Assembly: GCA_964605645.1 (NCBI GenBank)
Contig: CAZSDJ010000003.1
Span: forward strand, 1-61,849
DNA length: 61,849 nt
Direction of reading: 5' to 3'
Source: an uncultured Planctomycetia bacterium
GTDB lineage: Bacteria; Omnitrophota; Gorgyraeia; Duberdicusellales; 4484-171
Under the pieces are notes generated by a model. The model was not told the origin of the DNA and did not search any database. It saw only the letters and a program-made list of their open reading frames with translations. This document shows, piece after piece, positions 40,153 to 50,281 of this stretch; the first letter of the stretch is position 1; each line of letters starts with the position of its first letter. Both the position numbers and the translations under genes were made by a program.

Positions 40153-40237
40153 AGAAAAAAGATAAGAAGCTTGATAAGCTTTTAGCGAAATTAGAAAAAA
40201 AAGTTAAAAGTGCAGAGTGGAGACCTGACCCCTAAGG
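40153..40237 (+). repeat. 85-bp orphan copy of the 3-prime end and right repeat of RAYT unit 4
   Basis: Near-identical by eye to 42426-42510 (..GATAAGAAGCTTGATAAGCTTTTAGCGAAATTAGAAAAAAAAGTTAAAAGTGCAGAGTGGAGACCTGACCCCTAAGG). A shorter, more diverged copy is at 39062-39104. Confidence 0.8.
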
Positions 40238-40438
40238 GTGCAAAGACCAATATAGCTACAAAGCGATGGCGGAGAAATTAGTTAATATTTTCAAAAAATA
40301 TGAAAATTGATTTCATTTCCTAGGTTGAATAAATTAAAATTCGGGGGATACGTTTAAGTAAACTTTGATGATTTATATAGATAAAAAAAAGGTTTATCAA
40401 AAATAAAACAATTTAGGTATGGAGAGGAGGGATAAGCG

Positions 40439-41437
40439 ATGAGCCAGAAAAAAGCTCTAGTTTGCGGAGCAGGAGGTTTTATCGGAGGATTTTTGGTCAA
40501 GAGGTTAAAAAAAGAAGGATATTGGGTCCGGGGCGTTGACCTAAAGCGCCACGAATTTGAAGAATCAAAAGCCGATGATTTCATTATTGGTGACCTGCGC
40601 GGCCAGCAGGTTTGTAAGAAAATTACCCAAGATGTGCAATTTGATGAATTGTATCAGTTAGCCGCTGATATGGGAGGAGCCGGATTTGTTTTTACCGGAG
40701 ATAATGATGCAGCAATTTTACATAATTCAGCCTCAATTAACTTGAACATGTTAGAACAGGCAAAAGAAACCGGTATAAAGAAAGTATTCTATTCTTCTTC
40801 AGCCTGTATTTATCCGGAATACAATCAAATGGAACCTGATAATCCCGGTTTGCCGGAAGATTGCGCTTACCCGGCTAATCCGGATTCAGAATACGGCTGG
40901 GAGAAACTGTTCGGTGAGCGCCTATATTTGGCCTATAACCGGAATTACGGCAGGGAAGTCCATATTGCAAGGTACCACAATATCTTTGGCCCTTTGGGGA
41001 CTTGGCAGGGGGGCAGAGAGAAGGCTCCGGCTGCTTTCTGCCGCAAGATTGCCCAGGCTAAAGACGGTGCAGAGATTAAGATGTGGGGTGACGGCAAACA
41101 AACCCGTTCTTTTCTCTATATTGACGCCTGCATAGAAGCTACCTGGAGGTTGATGCACTCTGATTTTACCGGCCCGGTAAACATAGGCTCCGATGAAAAG
41201 GTCAGCATAAATGGCTTAGCTTATATGATTGCCGGTATTGCCGGTAAAAAAATCAGCATAAAACATATAGAAGGCCCTTTGGGGGTAAGAGGCAGAAGTT
41301 CAGACAACAAATTAATTAAAGAGAAGCTGGGCTGGGCTCCTGATTATCCTCTAAAGGAAGGCTTAGAAAAAACCTACCCCTGGATTGCCGAAAGCACAGA
41401 CAACAAACTGGATAAGGGGTCAGGTCTCCACTCTTGA
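40439..41437 (+). CDS. NAD-dependent epimerase/dehydratase (GDP-mannose 3,5-epimerase-like)
   Basis: 332 aa. GAGGFIGGFLVKRL and SSACIYP..YGWEK. The last ~9 codons (DKGSGLHS) are encoded by the left repeat of RAYT unit 4. Confidence 0.75.
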   Translation: MSQKKALVCGAGGFIGGFLVKRLKKEGYWVRGVDLKRHEFEESKADDFIIGDLRGQQVCKKITQDVQFDELYQLAADMGGAGFVFTGDNDAAILHNSASINLNMLEQAKETGIKKVFYSSSACIYPEYNQMEPDNPGLPEDCAYPANPDSEYGWEKLFGERLYLAYNRNYGREVHIARYHNIFGPLGTWQGGREKAPAAFCRKIAQAKDGAEIKMWGDGKQTRSFLYIDACIEATWRLMHSDFTGPVNIGSDEKVSINGLAYMIAGIAGKKISIKHIEGPLGVRGRSSDNKLIKEKLGWAPDYPLKEGLEKTYPWIAESTDNKLDKGSGLHS

Positions 41438-42537
41438 CAAATATTATCCCCATGATATTATTGTTTTATGGCTCGTCCGTTAAGTGGATAAGGGGTCAGG
41501 TCTCCACTCTTGACAAATATTATCCCCATGATATTATTGTTTTATGGCTCGTCCGTTAAGAATAGAATATGAAAATGCTTTCTACCATGTAATCCAAAGG
41601 GGAACAGAAAGAAAAAATATCTTCTTACAAGATGCAGATAAAGATAGGTTTCTTTCTTATCTAGGCCAGGCATATCTTGGATATAAAGCGTTTATTCATA
41701 GCTATGTGATGATGGATAATCATTATCATTTAATTTTACAAACTCCCAAGGCTAATCTCAGTAAAATAATGCATTATCTTAATACCAGTTATGCCATATA
41801 CTTCAATAGCAAAAGAAAACGGGTAGGCCCTTTATATCAAGGCAGATATAAGGCCATACTAATCCAACAAGATGAGTATCTACATCATCTTTCCCGCTAT
41901 ATTCATCTGAATCCGGTTAGAGTAAAAAAAGTAAGGGATCCTATAAAATACCCCTGGAGTAGCTATAAATATTTTGTTTCAAAAGCATCACCGCCTCTTT
42001 GGCTGCAAACAGCATTTATTCTTTCTATGTTTGGTAAAACAGTTGTAAAGGCTAAAAAGCTTTATAAAGAATTCGTTTTGGGCGCAATCGGCAAGGAAAA
42101 AGATATCATTTCAAAAAACACAATAAAAGGATTTATTCTCGGCAACAGTGACTTTGCTGATAAGATAATAAAGAAATTTGTTATGAGCAAACAAGATCCA
42201 GAAATTCCCACTATAGATAAACTAAAGCGGGAAAAACAACTTCCTTTGGAGAAAATTAAAACACTTGTAGAAAAAAATACAGCAGATAACAGGAGGCTGA
42301 AAAGGAGAATTATCTTCTACCTGGCCCGTAAATATACCCAACAAACCTTAAAAGATATAGCTGTTTTTTGTGGTAAAATAAAAGATACAGGAGTAAGTCA
42401 GGCATTTCGAAGAGTAGAAGAGGCCAGAAAAAAAGATAAAAAGCTTGATAAGCTTTTAGCGAAACTAGAAAAAAAAGTTAAAAGTGCAGAGTGGAGACCT
42501 GACCCCTAAAGGCAGAGTGGAGACCTGACCCCTAAAG
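41409..42537 (+). mobile_element. RAYT-like unit 4 (DnaA_C-like subclass) with duplicated left and right ends
   Basis: A 76-bp tandem duplication (41409-41484, 41485-41560) contains GGGGTCAGGTCTCCACTCT, TTGACA, a -10 element and the first 6 codons. The right end GCAGAGTGGAGACCTGACCCCTAAAG is duplicated at 42486-42511 and 42512-42537. Confidence 0.65.
41544..42509 (+). CDS. Y1/HUH transposase-like protein with C-terminal DnaA-domain-IV-like HTH
   Basis: 321 aa. MARPLRIEYENAFYHVIQRG, HUH NHYHLIL, YIHLNPVRV. C-terminal tail YTQQTLKDIAVFCGKIKDTGVSQAFRRVEE. Confidence 0.78.
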   Translation: MARPLRIEYENAFYHVIQRGTERKNIFLQDADKDRFLSYLGQAYLGYKAFIHSYVMMDNHYHLILQTPKANLSKIMHYLNTSYAIYFNSKRKRVGPLYQGRYKAILIQQDEYLHHLSRYIHLNPVRVKKVRDPIKYPWSSYKYFVSKASPPLWLQTAFILSMFGKTVVKAKKLYKEFVLGAIGKEKDIISKNTIKGFILGNSDFADKIIKKFVMSKQDPEIPTIDKLKREKQLPLEKIKTLVEKNTADNRRLKRRIIFYLARKYTQQTLKDIAVFCGKIKDTGVSQAFRRVEEARKKDKKLDKLLAKLEKKVKSAEWRPDP

Positions 42538-42544
42538 GGGGACT

Positions 42545-43228
42545 ATGCATAATTATTACGAGCTTTACAACAAGCTAAAACCCAAGTATTTTTTGGATAG
42601 AATTTTGGCTTATCCTGTTTTTTTTCTGATTTCGCCTTTGATTTTATTAGGTGCCTGGGCGGTAAAGGCAGACAGCTGGTTTAATTCCAAAGATCAGGGT
42701 TCAGTTTTTTATTGGGAACCCAGAGTTTCAGCCGGCAGGATATTTAAAATTATTAAATTCAGGACAGTAACCCAAGAAATTGTAGAGTGGGTAAAAAAAG
42801 CACCCGGGCAAAGGAGCATAACTGCTGCCGGGCCAAAAACTATTGCAGGAAGGCTTATTCTTAAAATGTATCTGGATGAACTGCCGCAAATTATAAATAT
42901 TATAAAAGGCGATATGTCTTTTGTCGGGCCCAGGCCCCATATCTATAAGCAGCACAAACAGGAAATCAATGCCGGCTTAATTTATCGTAATTTTATAAAG
43001 GCGGGTTTTTTTGGTGTGCCGCAGGCCTGCAAAAGGCATCCTCGCTACCGGAAGATGATGGAAGAGATGGCAAAAACCCACGAACCCAATATAGAACTGC
43101 TCAATAGTTTAGACGGCTTATATATTAAAAAGTGTTTTGCTGAGAGTGCCGGCAAATTAATATTATTTGATTTGTGGATAATTGCCCGCTGCACCATAGT
43201 TGTGTTGCGCGGGGGAGCAGAATTATGA
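42545..43228 (+). CDS. sugar transferase (Bac_transf family, initiating phosphoglycosyl transferase)
   Basis: 227 aa. KFRTV and LDELPQIINIIKGDMSFVGPRPH. Confidence 0.8.
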   Translation: MHNYYELYNKLKPKYFLDRILAYPVFFLISPLILLGAWAVKADSWFNSKDQGSVFYWEPRVSAGRIFKIIKFRTVTQEIVEWVKKAPGQRSITAAGPKTIAGRLILKMYLDELPQIINIIKGDMSFVGPRPHIYKQHKQEINAGLIYRNFIKAGFFGVPQACKRHPRYRKMMEEMAKTHEPNIELLNSLDGLYIKKCFAESAGKLILFDLWIIARCTIVVLRGGAEL

Positions 43229-45060
43229 GAAACAAAATATCGCAATTTAAAAATAAACTAGATACGTTAGGTAATTTTTTCAAAGTAATGCAGGTTAAAC
43301 CTCATCATTTGATAATTCCTATGGCGCTTTCTTTTTTAGCTGTTACCTCAGGCGGCATAGGGCTGGGGCTTCTTGTTCCCTTAGCCAAAGGGGTTGTATC
43401 CGGTGATTATTCCTTTATCAATAATATCCCGCTGCTTAGCCGGGTGGTAAGTTTTGTCCAGAAGCCAGATTGGGATTTTCTTACTACCAACCGGGCTATG
43501 TTTTTATTTTTAGCGGTGTTGATTTTTCTGGCCACTATTTTTAAATACGGGCTTCAGTACCTATCCGGGGTTGTTTCTGCCTATTGGAACGGCAAGTTTT
43601 CTCAAAGAATAAATGTTTTTGTGTTTAGAAGGTTCTTAAGCTTTGGCAAAGCATACTTTGACCGCAAAGGCCAGGGCTATGTACTGTCGGTTGTAGATTA
43701 TTCACAGGAAATCCTGCGCCTGCTTAATTTCGCCAGAGATTTTATTTCTAATTTTCTTGATATTGTAATCCATTTTGTAATTTTATTGATTATATCTTGG
43801 CGGTTAACTATATTTTTGATTTTACTTGCGCCAATACTGCATTTTTTACTTCGAAAAATTATTGGTTTGATTTCGTATTTATCCAGAAAAACTACCCGGC
43901 AAGAGATATCACTGAAGCGGCAGATTATAAATATACTTTCCTGTATGCCTTTGATAAAAGCATACTCTAAAGAAGGCAAAATGGGCAGGGTATATGAAAA
44001 CTCTACAGAAAAATTAAGAAGGTTAATTTTCAGAAGGGCGAAAGTATCAAATTTAATCGGCCCTGTTCAGGGTACCATAGTATTAACTTCTATTTTATTT
44101 TTGGTTGCTGTTGTGGCATTCATATTAGCTAGAGATAAATCTGCTGATTTGGCAGCTTTTGCTGTATTTTTCTACATAGCCAGAGATATGTTCCCTAAGT
44201 TTGAAATTTTTAGCCGGGCCAGAGAAAAAATAGCTGTTTTAAAACCTCCCCTAAAAGAAGTGCATAAAGTTTTCTCAAGCCACGGCAAAGGTATGGTGGG
44301 CCAAGGGGATAGGGAGTTTACCGGTTTAAATAATTCTATAGAGCTAAACAACCTCTCTTTTTCCTATAATTCTGATATGATGGTTTTAAGGAATATCAGT
44401 ACTGCTTTTAAAAAGGGCCAGATGACTGCTATAGTAGGGCCGACCGGAGCCGGTAAAACCACCTTGGTTAATCTCTTAATCCGTTTTTACGATTGCCCCT
44501 CCGGTTCCATAAAAATAGACGGAATAGATATCAGGGAGTTTACCGTAGACTCTCTGAGGAAACATATTTCAGTGGTTACCCAGGATGATTTTCTGTTTAA
44601 TGACACCTTAAGGAATAATATTATTTTTGCCTGCGATTGTGAGCCTTCGGAAGAGAAGCTGATAAATGTTTTAAAGCAAACCTGCCTGTACGATTTTGTT
44701 ACCAGCCTGCCCCAGGGGATTGAAACTCAGATAGGAGACAGGGGGGTTAAATTATCCGGGGGGCAGAAGCAAAGAATTTCGATTGCCCGGGCGCTTCTGA
44801 GAGAAACAGAAGTATTGATTTTAGATGAGGCGACCAGTTCCCTAGATACTACCACAGAAAGGCTTATCCAAAGATCCATTGAAGAAGCAGTAAAGGGCAG
44901 GACTACCATTGTTATTGCCCACCGGCTTTCTACCATAAAAAATGCTGATAAGATTATAGTTATAGAAGACGGCAGCCTCAAGGAAGAAGGTTCTTTGGGT
45001 ATGCTTTTGGAGAAAAAAGGAAAGTTTTATCAGTACTGGCAGCAGCAGAAATTTTTCTAA
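43225..45060 (+). CDS. ABC transporter, fused permease/ATPase (MsbA-like exporter)
   Basis: Start at MRNKISQF (ATGA overlap with the preceding gene). Six-TM domain, Walker A GPTGAGKTT, LSGGQKQR, and ILDEATSSLD. Confidence 0.85.
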   Translation: MRNKISQFKNKLDTLGNFFKVMQVKPHHLIIPMALSFLAVTSGGIGLGLLVPLAKGVVSGDYSFINNIPLLSRVVSFVQKPDWDFLTTNRAMFLFLAVLIFLATIFKYGLQYLSGVVSAYWNGKFSQRINVFVFRRFLSFGKAYFDRKGQGYVLSVVDYSQEILRLLNFARDFISNFLDIVIHFVILLIISWRLTIFLILLAPILHFLLRKIIGLISYLSRKTTRQEISLKRQIINILSCMPLIKAYSKEGKMGRVYENSTEKLRRLIFRRAKVSNLIGPVQGTIVLTSILFLVAVVAFILARDKSADLAAFAVFFYIARDMFPKFEIFSRAREKIAVLKPPLKEVHKVFSSHGKGMVGQGDREFTGLNNSIELNNLSFSYNSDMMVLRNISTAFKKGQMTAIVGPTGAGKTTLVNLLIRFYDCPSGSIKIDGIDIREFTVDSLRKHISVVTQDDFLFNDTLRNNIIFACDCEPSEEKLINVLKQTCLYDFVTSLPQGIETQIGDRGVKLSGGQKQRISIARALLRETEVLILDEATSSLDTTTERLIQRSIEEAVKGRTTIVIAHRLSTIKNADKIIVIEDGSLKEEGSLGMLLEKKGKFYQYWQQQKFF

Positions 45061-45085
45061 TTTCTAGATAAATTGTTTTCTTTTC

Positions 45086-46048
45086 ATGGATAATGAAATT
45101 CAAGATAATCCGCTAGTTTCAATTATAATTCCCAACTATAATTATCAGGATTGGGTAGGAGAAGCGATTAAAAGCTGCCTAAACCAGACTTACAAAAATA
45201 TAGAAATTATTGTAATTGATGATTGTTCTGCTGATGACAGCAGGAAATCTATTGGAAAATTACAAAAAGTAAATTCAGGCATTATTAAATTCTTTACTAC
45301 TCCGCATCAAAGCGGAGCAACATGTGCCAGGAATTTAGGCGTTGAGAAGAGCAAAGGGGGTTATTTTCTTTTTTTGGATGCTGACGACCTTCTTTTACCG
45401 AATGCGGTTATGTCTTTATTGAATACTATTAAAAAGAACAATACAGATGCTGCAGTAGGAGGATGGATTAATTTCTGTCAGGGCTCAGGCCGATGCGAGT
45501 ACGTGAATAACGAACCCTTCTTTCCCGATGATCTATTAGCCAGTTTAATTAAACGGCCTATAGTTGGGCCGGCAGTATTAGTTAAAAGAAATAAAAGAAG
45601 ATGGAACGAAAATCTTTATGTGAGTCAACTTTTTGATTATTTTTTCTGGCTTTTTGGACAAGATTATTCTATAAGCTATATTAACCAGGCTGTGGCCAAG
45701 ATAAGGCAACATTCAATGCCCCACCGAGTTACAGTAAAACATGAACATTATTGGCCGCCCGACAGGCTAAAATTAATTACCGAGTATAAAAATTTCCTAA
45801 AACAAAAAGGAAATTTGAATTTCAAAAGGGAAGCGGCATTGGATGAAAAAATTATTTCTTTGGTTTATTTGGCTAAAAGGCGTCAGGTATCGGGCTGCAA
45901 AAAGTATTTAGATTATGTAAATATTAAAAAATTACCAGATTATTTTTGGTATAAATTTTGGGGCTTATCCGGATTTATCTATCATCTTGGGCCAAAATTG
46001 GGATTGAATCTTTTTTACTTTGCTAATAAATTATTAGGAAGAGTTTAA
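45086..46048 (+). CDS. family 2 glycosyltransferase
   Basis: 320 aa. VSIIIPNYNY, IIVIDDCSADDS and LDADD. Confidence 0.8.
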   Translation: MDNEIQDNPLVSIIIPNYNYQDWVGEAIKSCLNQTYKNIEIIVIDDCSADDSRKSIGKLQKVNSGIIKFFTTPHQSGATCARNLGVEKSKGGYFLFLDADDLLLPNAVMSLLNTIKKNNTDAAVGGWINFCQGSGRCEYVNNEPFFPDDLLASLIKRPIVGPAVLVKRNKRRWNENLYVSQLFDYFFWLFGQDYSISYINQAVAKIRQHSMPHRVTVKHEHYWPPDRLKLITEYKNFLKQKGNLNFKREAALDEKIISLVYLAKRRQVSGCKKYLDYVNIKKLPDYFWYKFWGLSGFIYHLGPKLGLNLFYFANKLLGRV

Positions 46049-47287
46049 ATGGATAAAATATTGATAATCGGTTCTTATAATGGACAGGAATCTTTCGGGG
46101 ATAAATGCTTGTTGTCATCTGTAGCTAGTAATTTACGATATTTTTTCGGTCAAAAGGTAGAGTTGGTGTCTCATATCCACGATCAATCCAGATTAGATAA
46201 AACTAAGTTTTCCGATATTATTTTTCATCAAGGGCTATCTTGTCTTTATTGGCGCTGGCATAATAAATTACGCTATTTAAAAATTCCGCTATTATTGCAT
46301 AATTTTATCTACTTTTTTTTATTCCCTATTTTCTTTATAGTTGCAAAAACGATATCTTCTTCCCTAAATATTATCACAAAAGATATAAAAGACTCATCTT
46401 TTTTATATTTTTATGGCGGTACCCAGCTATCCTCTCCCTGGTTTTACTTTAATTTTTTACCCCTTTTTTATAGTTTGTTTATATGCCGCATATATAAAAT
46501 ACCTGTTTTTTTTGGGCCGCAGCAGTACGGCCCACAAACCAAACAACAGAGGTTGTTATTTCGCCTAATGCTAAATTTTTTGGTAACTGATATGCGGGCA
46601 AGAAATCAAAATTGCCTTAAATTGGCAGAAGTAACCCCGGCTGAATTAGCCTACGATGAAGCCTTTAGCTGTCAGAATTTTTATCCTAACCCGAATAAAG
46701 GCAAAAAGCAGAAAAGCTATATTATGGTTAATATTAGGGAAGTAGATTTTACAAACCAGAATACCAACTTTAATAAAAAATATAAAATATTTTCAGATTT
46801 TTTATTTTCTTTGCAGCAGCAAACAAACCTGCCTTTTAAATTATTTCAAATGAGCGGTATTGGGTTTTGTGATGATACCAAATTTTTCAAATACCTACAG
46901 CAAAATTTTAATAAACATTTAGATATAAAAATATTACCTTTTTTTAAAACAGGAAAAGAATTATTAACTATTATGAATGCAGCCTACGGGACAGTATCTA
47001 TGTCTTTTCACGGTTGCCTTTTTTCTCTGATTGCCGGTGCAGCCCCGGTACCAGTGATATCCGGTGAGTATTATAAGTATAAGTATTCGGATTTTCAAAA
47101 GTATACGGGAGGCCAAAGCATTCCATTTCTTTATTTAGGGGATTTTTCGAGTGTGGGGGAAGAAGCAGGCAGGGTTTGTTATTATTTCAAAAATTATTCA
47201 TCTTTTTTAACCAAAAAGGCAAGGCAAGAGGCAGAGAAGTTATCGGATAAATGGTACAATTCCATAAAAAGAAGGATAAATAAGTAG
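46049..47287 (+). CDS. polysaccharide pyruvyl transferase family protein
   Basis: 412 aa. N-terminal ILIIGSYNGQESFGDK and C-terminal SMSFHGCLFSLIAGAAPVPV resemble PS_pyruv_trans. Confidence 0.55.
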   Translation: MDKILIIGSYNGQESFGDKCLLSSVASNLRYFFGQKVELVSHIHDQSRLDKTKFSDIIFHQGLSCLYWRWHNKLRYLKIPLLLHNFIYFFLFPIFFIVAKTISSSLNIITKDIKDSSFLYFYGGTQLSSPWFYFNFLPLFYSLFICRIYKIPVFFGPQQYGPQTKQQRLLFRLMLNFLVTDMRARNQNCLKLAEVTPAELAYDEAFSCQNFYPNPNKGKKQKSYIMVNIREVDFTNQNTNFNKKYKIFSDFLFSLQQQTNLPFKLFQMSGIGFCDDTKFFKYLQQNFNKHLDIKILPFFKTGKELLTIMNAAYGTVSMSFHGCLFSLIAGAAPVPVISGEYYKYKYSDFQKYTGGQSIPFLYLGDFSSVGEEAGRVCYYFKNYSSFLTKKARQEAEKLSDKWYNSIKRRINK

Positions 47288-47300
47288 TTTGGAGATTTGA

Positions 47301-48236
47301 TTGATTATATCAGTTGTTATCCCATGTTCTAATTCAGAAAAGTGGATAAAAAATACGCTTGAGAGTGTGGTTGAACAGCAAGTTGAGGGAGAGGTTGTTG
47401 TTGTAGATGACGGGTCAACAGATAGTTCAGCAAAGATTATCCAAGAAAAATTCCCCTTTGTTAAATTAATAAGGACAAAAAACCAGGGAGCGGCAAAAGC
47501 AAGAAATACCGGCATAGAAGAGTCAAAGGGAGAGTTTATCCAGTTTTTAGATGCCGATGACCTTCTGGCAAAAGGCAAAATTAAAAAACAGCTAAAACTA
47601 CTTAAACAATCCGAAGCTGATGTTGCTTATGGTAATTGGCAAAGGCTGGTAAAGGATAAAAACAGCAGTTTTAAAAAAGGAGAAAAAGTTCAAAGGAAGC
47701 TAAAAAATCCGGAAGTTGATTTATTTACTCAATTTTGGTGCCCGCCGGCAGTGTATTTATTCAGGCGTTCTATAGTAGAGAAGGCCGGCGGTTTTAAAGA
47801 AAGATTCCCGGTTATCCAGGATGCAAGATTTGTTTTGGATTGTGCCCTGGCAGGAGCAAAATTTATCTATTGCCCGCAGGCAATGGCTTATTATCGGCAG
47901 CATAACCTGAATTCTTTATCTAAAAAAAGCTGGTTTGCTTTTCACCGGGACATCTATAATAATGCGAAAGAGATAAAGCAAATCTGGCAAAAAGAGGGCG
48001 GTATAACCAAAGAGCGCAACGATGCTTTGTTAACTGTTTACGGGTATCTGGGCCGGGCAGCTTTTAAGAAAAATATGAAAATGTTTAATTTTGCCCTTAG
48101 GGAGCTAGAAAGCCTTAATCATCGGTATATTCCTAAACGGCCAAAACATTTAAAGCTAGTTTCGCAGCTGGTAGGCTATAAAAATGCAGAATATATTGCC
48201 TGGTGGTACCGAAAGCTGAGGAAAATCAGATGCTAG
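47301..48236 (+). CDS. family 2 glycosyltransferase
   Basis: 311 aa, TTG start. ISVVIPCSNSEKW, VVVDDGSTDSS and LDADD. Confidence 0.8.
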   Translation: MIISVVIPCSNSEKWIKNTLESVVEQQVEGEVVVVDDGSTDSSAKIIQEKFPFVKLIRTKNQGAAKARNTGIEESKGEFIQFLDADDLLAKGKIKKQLKLLKQSEADVAYGNWQRLVKDKNSSFKKGEKVQRKLKNPEVDLFTQFWCPPAVYLFRRSIVEKAGGFKERFPVIQDARFVLDCALAGAKFIYCPQAMAYYRQHNLNSLSKKSWFAFHRDIYNNAKEIKQIWQKEGGITKERNDALLTVYGYLGRAAFKKNMKMFNFALRELESLNHRYIPKRPKHLKLVSQLVGYKNAEYIAWWYRKLRKIRC

Positions 48237-49165
48237 CTTCAATTATTATATCTACCCTAAATAGAGAACAAGAAATCAATGAACTTTTATTTCATTTTTT
48301 AAATAATGAAAATTATAGGCCGTTTGAAATTATAGTCATTGATCAAAGCAGTAAAATTAATGCGAATATATCAAAAATAAAAAAGAGATTTAGTTTAAAG
48401 AAAATACACCTTGCATACTTAATCAAAAAATTTAAAAACCAATATGCAGCTATCAATTATGGCGTTAAATTGTCTCAGGGAGAAATCGTTGTATTTATAG
48501 ATGATGATGTAAAACCAAAAAGCGGTTTTCTTAAAAGCCATATTTTACCATATTCTAACCCCCAAATAATTGCGGTTACCGGCCCTATTCTTAATCCCGG
48601 GCAATCCTTAGTTAGCAGGAATAGTTTTAGCAAAGAAAAGTATGAAAAAATAATTGACGAGAGGAAATTAGCCAGAAACGCTGGTTTTATACATTTTCCC
48701 AAGTGGGCGCCTGGCGGCAATTTATCTTTCCGGAAAGAATTTTTTAAGTCTATTGGCGGTTATAATGAAAACTTCTACGGCGGAGTTGCCGTAGGTTCTG
48801 ATTCTGAAATTTGGGTAAGGGCAAAGAAAGCAGGAGGGTTACTGTATTATTCTCCCCGGGCTGCTTTAATTCATAAGAGCACACCTTATGGCGGGTGCAG
48901 GGATATTGCCAGCGAGAAAGAACGTTCTTTTAAAATAGCCTATAACCGGAATTATTTATTTTATAAATGGGGAGAGGGAAACAGTTATAAAAGGTACAAA
49001 GGAATGGGGGAGGTTTTCCGGAGATTAATATTGAATAAGAAAGCAATAGCTAAGGGGCCGCTTTATCTAATCACAAATTCATTTGAGTTTTTCAAAGGTA
49101 TTCTAAAGTGCAATTTTGATCATATCTATAAAAAGAGCAAACAAATAAAATATCCAAAATTTTAA
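48230..49165 (+). CDS. family 2 glycosyltransferase
   Basis: Start at MLASIIISTLNRE. IIVIDQSS and FIDDDV. Confidence 0.7.
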   Translation: MLASIIISTLNREQEINELLFHFLNNENYRPFEIIVIDQSSKINANISKIKKRFSLKKIHLAYLIKKFKNQYAAINYGVKLSQGEIVVFIDDDVKPKSGFLKSHILPYSNPQIIAVTGPILNPGQSLVSRNSFSKEKYEKIIDERKLARNAGFIHFPKWAPGGNLSFRKEFFKSIGGYNENFYGGVAVGSDSEIWVRAKKAGGLLYYSPRAALIHKSTPYGGCRDIASEKERSFKIAYNRNYLFYKWGEGNSYKRYKGMGEVFRRLILNKKAIAKGPLYLITNSFEFFKGILKCNFDHIYKKSKQIKYPKF

Positions 49166-49284
49166 TCCTATGAGGCCGGTTTTATCCAAACTCAGAAAAA
49201 TGGGCAGGCCGGCGTTGATAAAAGCAGATACAAGATATATTCTTTAAGAGTTGCCGATAGAGTTAAAATTTACAGCCAACAATT

Positions 49285-50277
49285 ATGGCATATTTATCTG
49301 TAGTAGTCCCAACCCATAATAGCCAGCCTACGATAGGAAAATGCCTCAGGGCAATAAGAAACTCTTCTTACCTTGACTATGAACTTTTGATAGTTGATGA
49401 TGCCAGCAAGGATGCTACTGTCCCGGTTGCCAGAAAATATGCCGATAAGATTATAGAATTAAAGCACCATCTGGGCAGGGCCAAAGCACGCAGCAGGGGG
49501 ATAAGGCCTGCAAAGGGCCAAATCATAGTCAATATAGATTCCGATGTTTTGATAAAGCCTGATACTTTATCCAGGATAGCCGAATATCTGGCTGGGAACC
49601 CCAAGATAGATGCAGTAACGGGAATACTTTCCAAAGAACACCCTAATAAAGATTTTTTCAGCCAGTATAAAAATCTTTATATGCACTATATTTTCCGGAG
49701 ATTACCCCAAAAGGTAACCTTCTTGTACGGTTCGATATATGCTATAAAGCGCAAGGTTTTCCAGGCGCCCGATCCCGATGTGAGCATTGCGACTGATACC
49801 GCTTTGGGGCAGAAACTTATATCTATAGGCAGAAGGATTGTTTTCCTGAAAAGTTTAGAGGTGGTTCATCTTAAAAAATATAATCTCTCTTCATTTATCA
49901 AAAACGATTTTCAAATTTCTTTTGAATGGGCGCATATTTTTATTAGGTACAGAGGATGGAGGCAGCTGGGAAGGTATAAGACAGGCTATGCCCATGCTCC
50001 CAAAAGCCAGCTGATAAGTATTATTTTAGCCGCAGGTGTTTTTTTGTGGGGGGGGTTGCAGTTCAGCGGCCCAGAGAAAGGAGTTTGGCTGCTGCTTTTT
50101 TTAATTCTATGGCTGTGTTTCAATCTGGGTTTTATAAATTTTCTCAGAAAAGAGAAAGGTTTTAGTTTTGGAGCTACAGGGCTTGCAATTACTTTCTTTG
50201 ATAATATAATTATGGGTTACGGCATATTATTCGGTTCTTGCAATTATGCATGGCGGCATTTTTTGCTCCGCAAATAA
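49285..50277 (+). CDS. family 2 glycosyltransferase with C-terminal membrane segments
   Basis: 330 aa. LSVVVPTHNS, LLIVDDASKDAT and NIDSD, plus hydrophobic C-terminal helices. Confidence 0.78.
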   Translation: MAYLSVVVPTHNSQPTIGKCLRAIRNSSYLDYELLIVDDASKDATVPVARKYADKIIELKHHLGRAKARSRGIRPAKGQIIVNIDSDVLIKPDTLSRIAEYLAGNPKIDAVTGILSKEHPNKDFFSQYKNLYMHYIFRRLPQKVTFLYGSIYAIKRKVFQAPDPDVSIATDTALGQKLISIGRRIVFLKSLEVVHLKKYNLSSFIKNDFQISFEWAHIFIRYRGWRQLGRYKTGYAHAPKSQLISIILAAGVFLWGGLQFSGPEKGVWLLLFLILWLCFNLGFINFLRKEKGFSFGATGLAITFFDNIIMGYGILFGSCNYAWRHFLLRK

Positions 50278-50281
50278 TAAG

